Source of the DNA: Lama guanicoe
Taxonomy: Eukaryota
Assembly (NCBI GenBank): GCA_013239625.1
Contig: MU054212.1
Location: 3,224,001-3,288,000 of the forward strand
DNA: 64,000 nt
Direction: 5' to 3'
Position numbers and translations under genes: made by a program
Notes under the pieces: model-generated
What the model was told of the DNA's origin: nothing
Seen by the model: the letters and a program-made list of their open reading frames with translations, nothing else
Database searches by the model: none
Shown: positions 63,006-64,000 of the stretch, piece by piece
Layout: each line of letters begins with the position of its first letter
How positions within the stretch are numbered: the stretch's first letter is position 1

Positions 63006-64000
63006 AGATGTGACAGCTATAACGGAGTCACTGAATAGCAGTAATAAAAATAATGCTTTAAAGAAAACGTTCCTCACCATGTTTTTCCTTTTTTTTTTTC
63101 AATTTTTAAAAGCTAGGAAGTACAGACCATAGATCACGGATAAATAAAAGTGAAGTGCCCCCAAACTGGTGCAGCAGTTGCCTCTCTGACTAGCACGTGT
63201 TGCAGCTCTTGTGAGAGGTGCTTTTTTTTGCTGATACATTTTATTAGTTGCAAGAAGCTTCACTGGGTGACATAGTTGTCATAGTCATTTTACAAACTTG
63301 TCCAACCAGCTAGCAAATATACTAAATCTCCACTATTTTACAAATGGAAACAATGCGTGTACGCACGTGCGCACACACACACACAGGGAAATCCTTATTT
63401 CCGGAAGGATATCAAAGAAAGGATAAGACAAACTCCAGGCTGCCAGCCGGTCTTATTCAATCATTCATTCTCAGCTTCTGATTCAGTGTTGAGAAAATAC
63501 ATTCATTCCATCTGACTCCAAATGGTCTGAAATTCTTACAAATTTACATCATTTATCCTTTTTCAGGTAAAATTCGTAAGAACACAGATTACCGGCCCAC
63601 GACAACATGTAAAACTTGGCCATATCAGGAATACTTTTTTTGTTTCCAGCAACACCTAAACATCTCATTTACTAGGCATCAGTTACATACAATGATCTAC
63701 CTCCTCCACAGTCATACATATGCCCACAAGTGCAAAACTTCTAATGATCCTGTCAGAGTTGGAAAACACTGTTCTCAAGTGCAGTGTGAGAAGGACTAAA
63801 ATTAATTACAAAACATCTAAATATTTAAAGATCTGCCATATTTAGGGATTTCCTAGGGCACCTAAAAGACAGTCATGGATGCCTGAATCCAAGGGGCAAA
63901 TCATAAAATTCCAGGAGATCAAACAATTTTAACACATGTGCCAATGCCAGGCCCCTTTGACCCAGGTCCTGATAAAGATGTGAAGTCCACAGAGCTGCAA

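Larger units (their letters stand above)
1..64000 (-). other. CHST9: Internal part of the CHST9 transcription unit: part of intron 2, exon 3, intron 3 (17650-41835), exon 4 and part of intron 4
   Basis: Two minus-strand exons with canonical splice sites join in frame to the CHST9 stem peptide. Neither the upstream transmembrane exon nor the downstream catalytic exon was seen in the window. Confidence 0.88.

Overview
This is mammalian genomic DNA, most likely from a camelid, judged from five Vic-1-type tRNA-Ala-derived SINEs and no recognisable Alu, B1/B2, Bov-A, PRE-1 or CAN-SINE. The window appears to lie entirely inside CHST9 (carbohydrate sulfotransferase 9, GalNAc-4-O-sulfotransferase 2), transcribed on the minus strand. 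I found only two coding exons, both too small for the ORF track: 41836-41874 (39 nt) and 17608-17649 (42 nt). Spliced together they encode (G)RVEKRREQRATSGWGPTHYLRPLPRI, which matches the luminal stem of human CHST9 as I recall it (GRVEKRREQKVTSGWGPVKYLRPVPRI). Exon numbers 3 and 4 follow the human gene from memory. The rest is intron containing L1, L2, L3, MIR, SINE, LTR and DNA-transposon relics. The listed ORFs are chance frames or L1 remnants. I see no new multi-gene system. The best leads are: several unannotated frame-preserving micro-exon or recursive-splice candidates in the same phase as the real exons; a 31-bp-phased CCAAT array inside an antisense MLT1 LTR; an intragenic CpG-rich island with G4 and CTCF motifs; and two short paired duplications about 1.15 kb apart. 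Repeat family names come from remembered consensus sequences and need RepeatMasker/Dfam confirmation.
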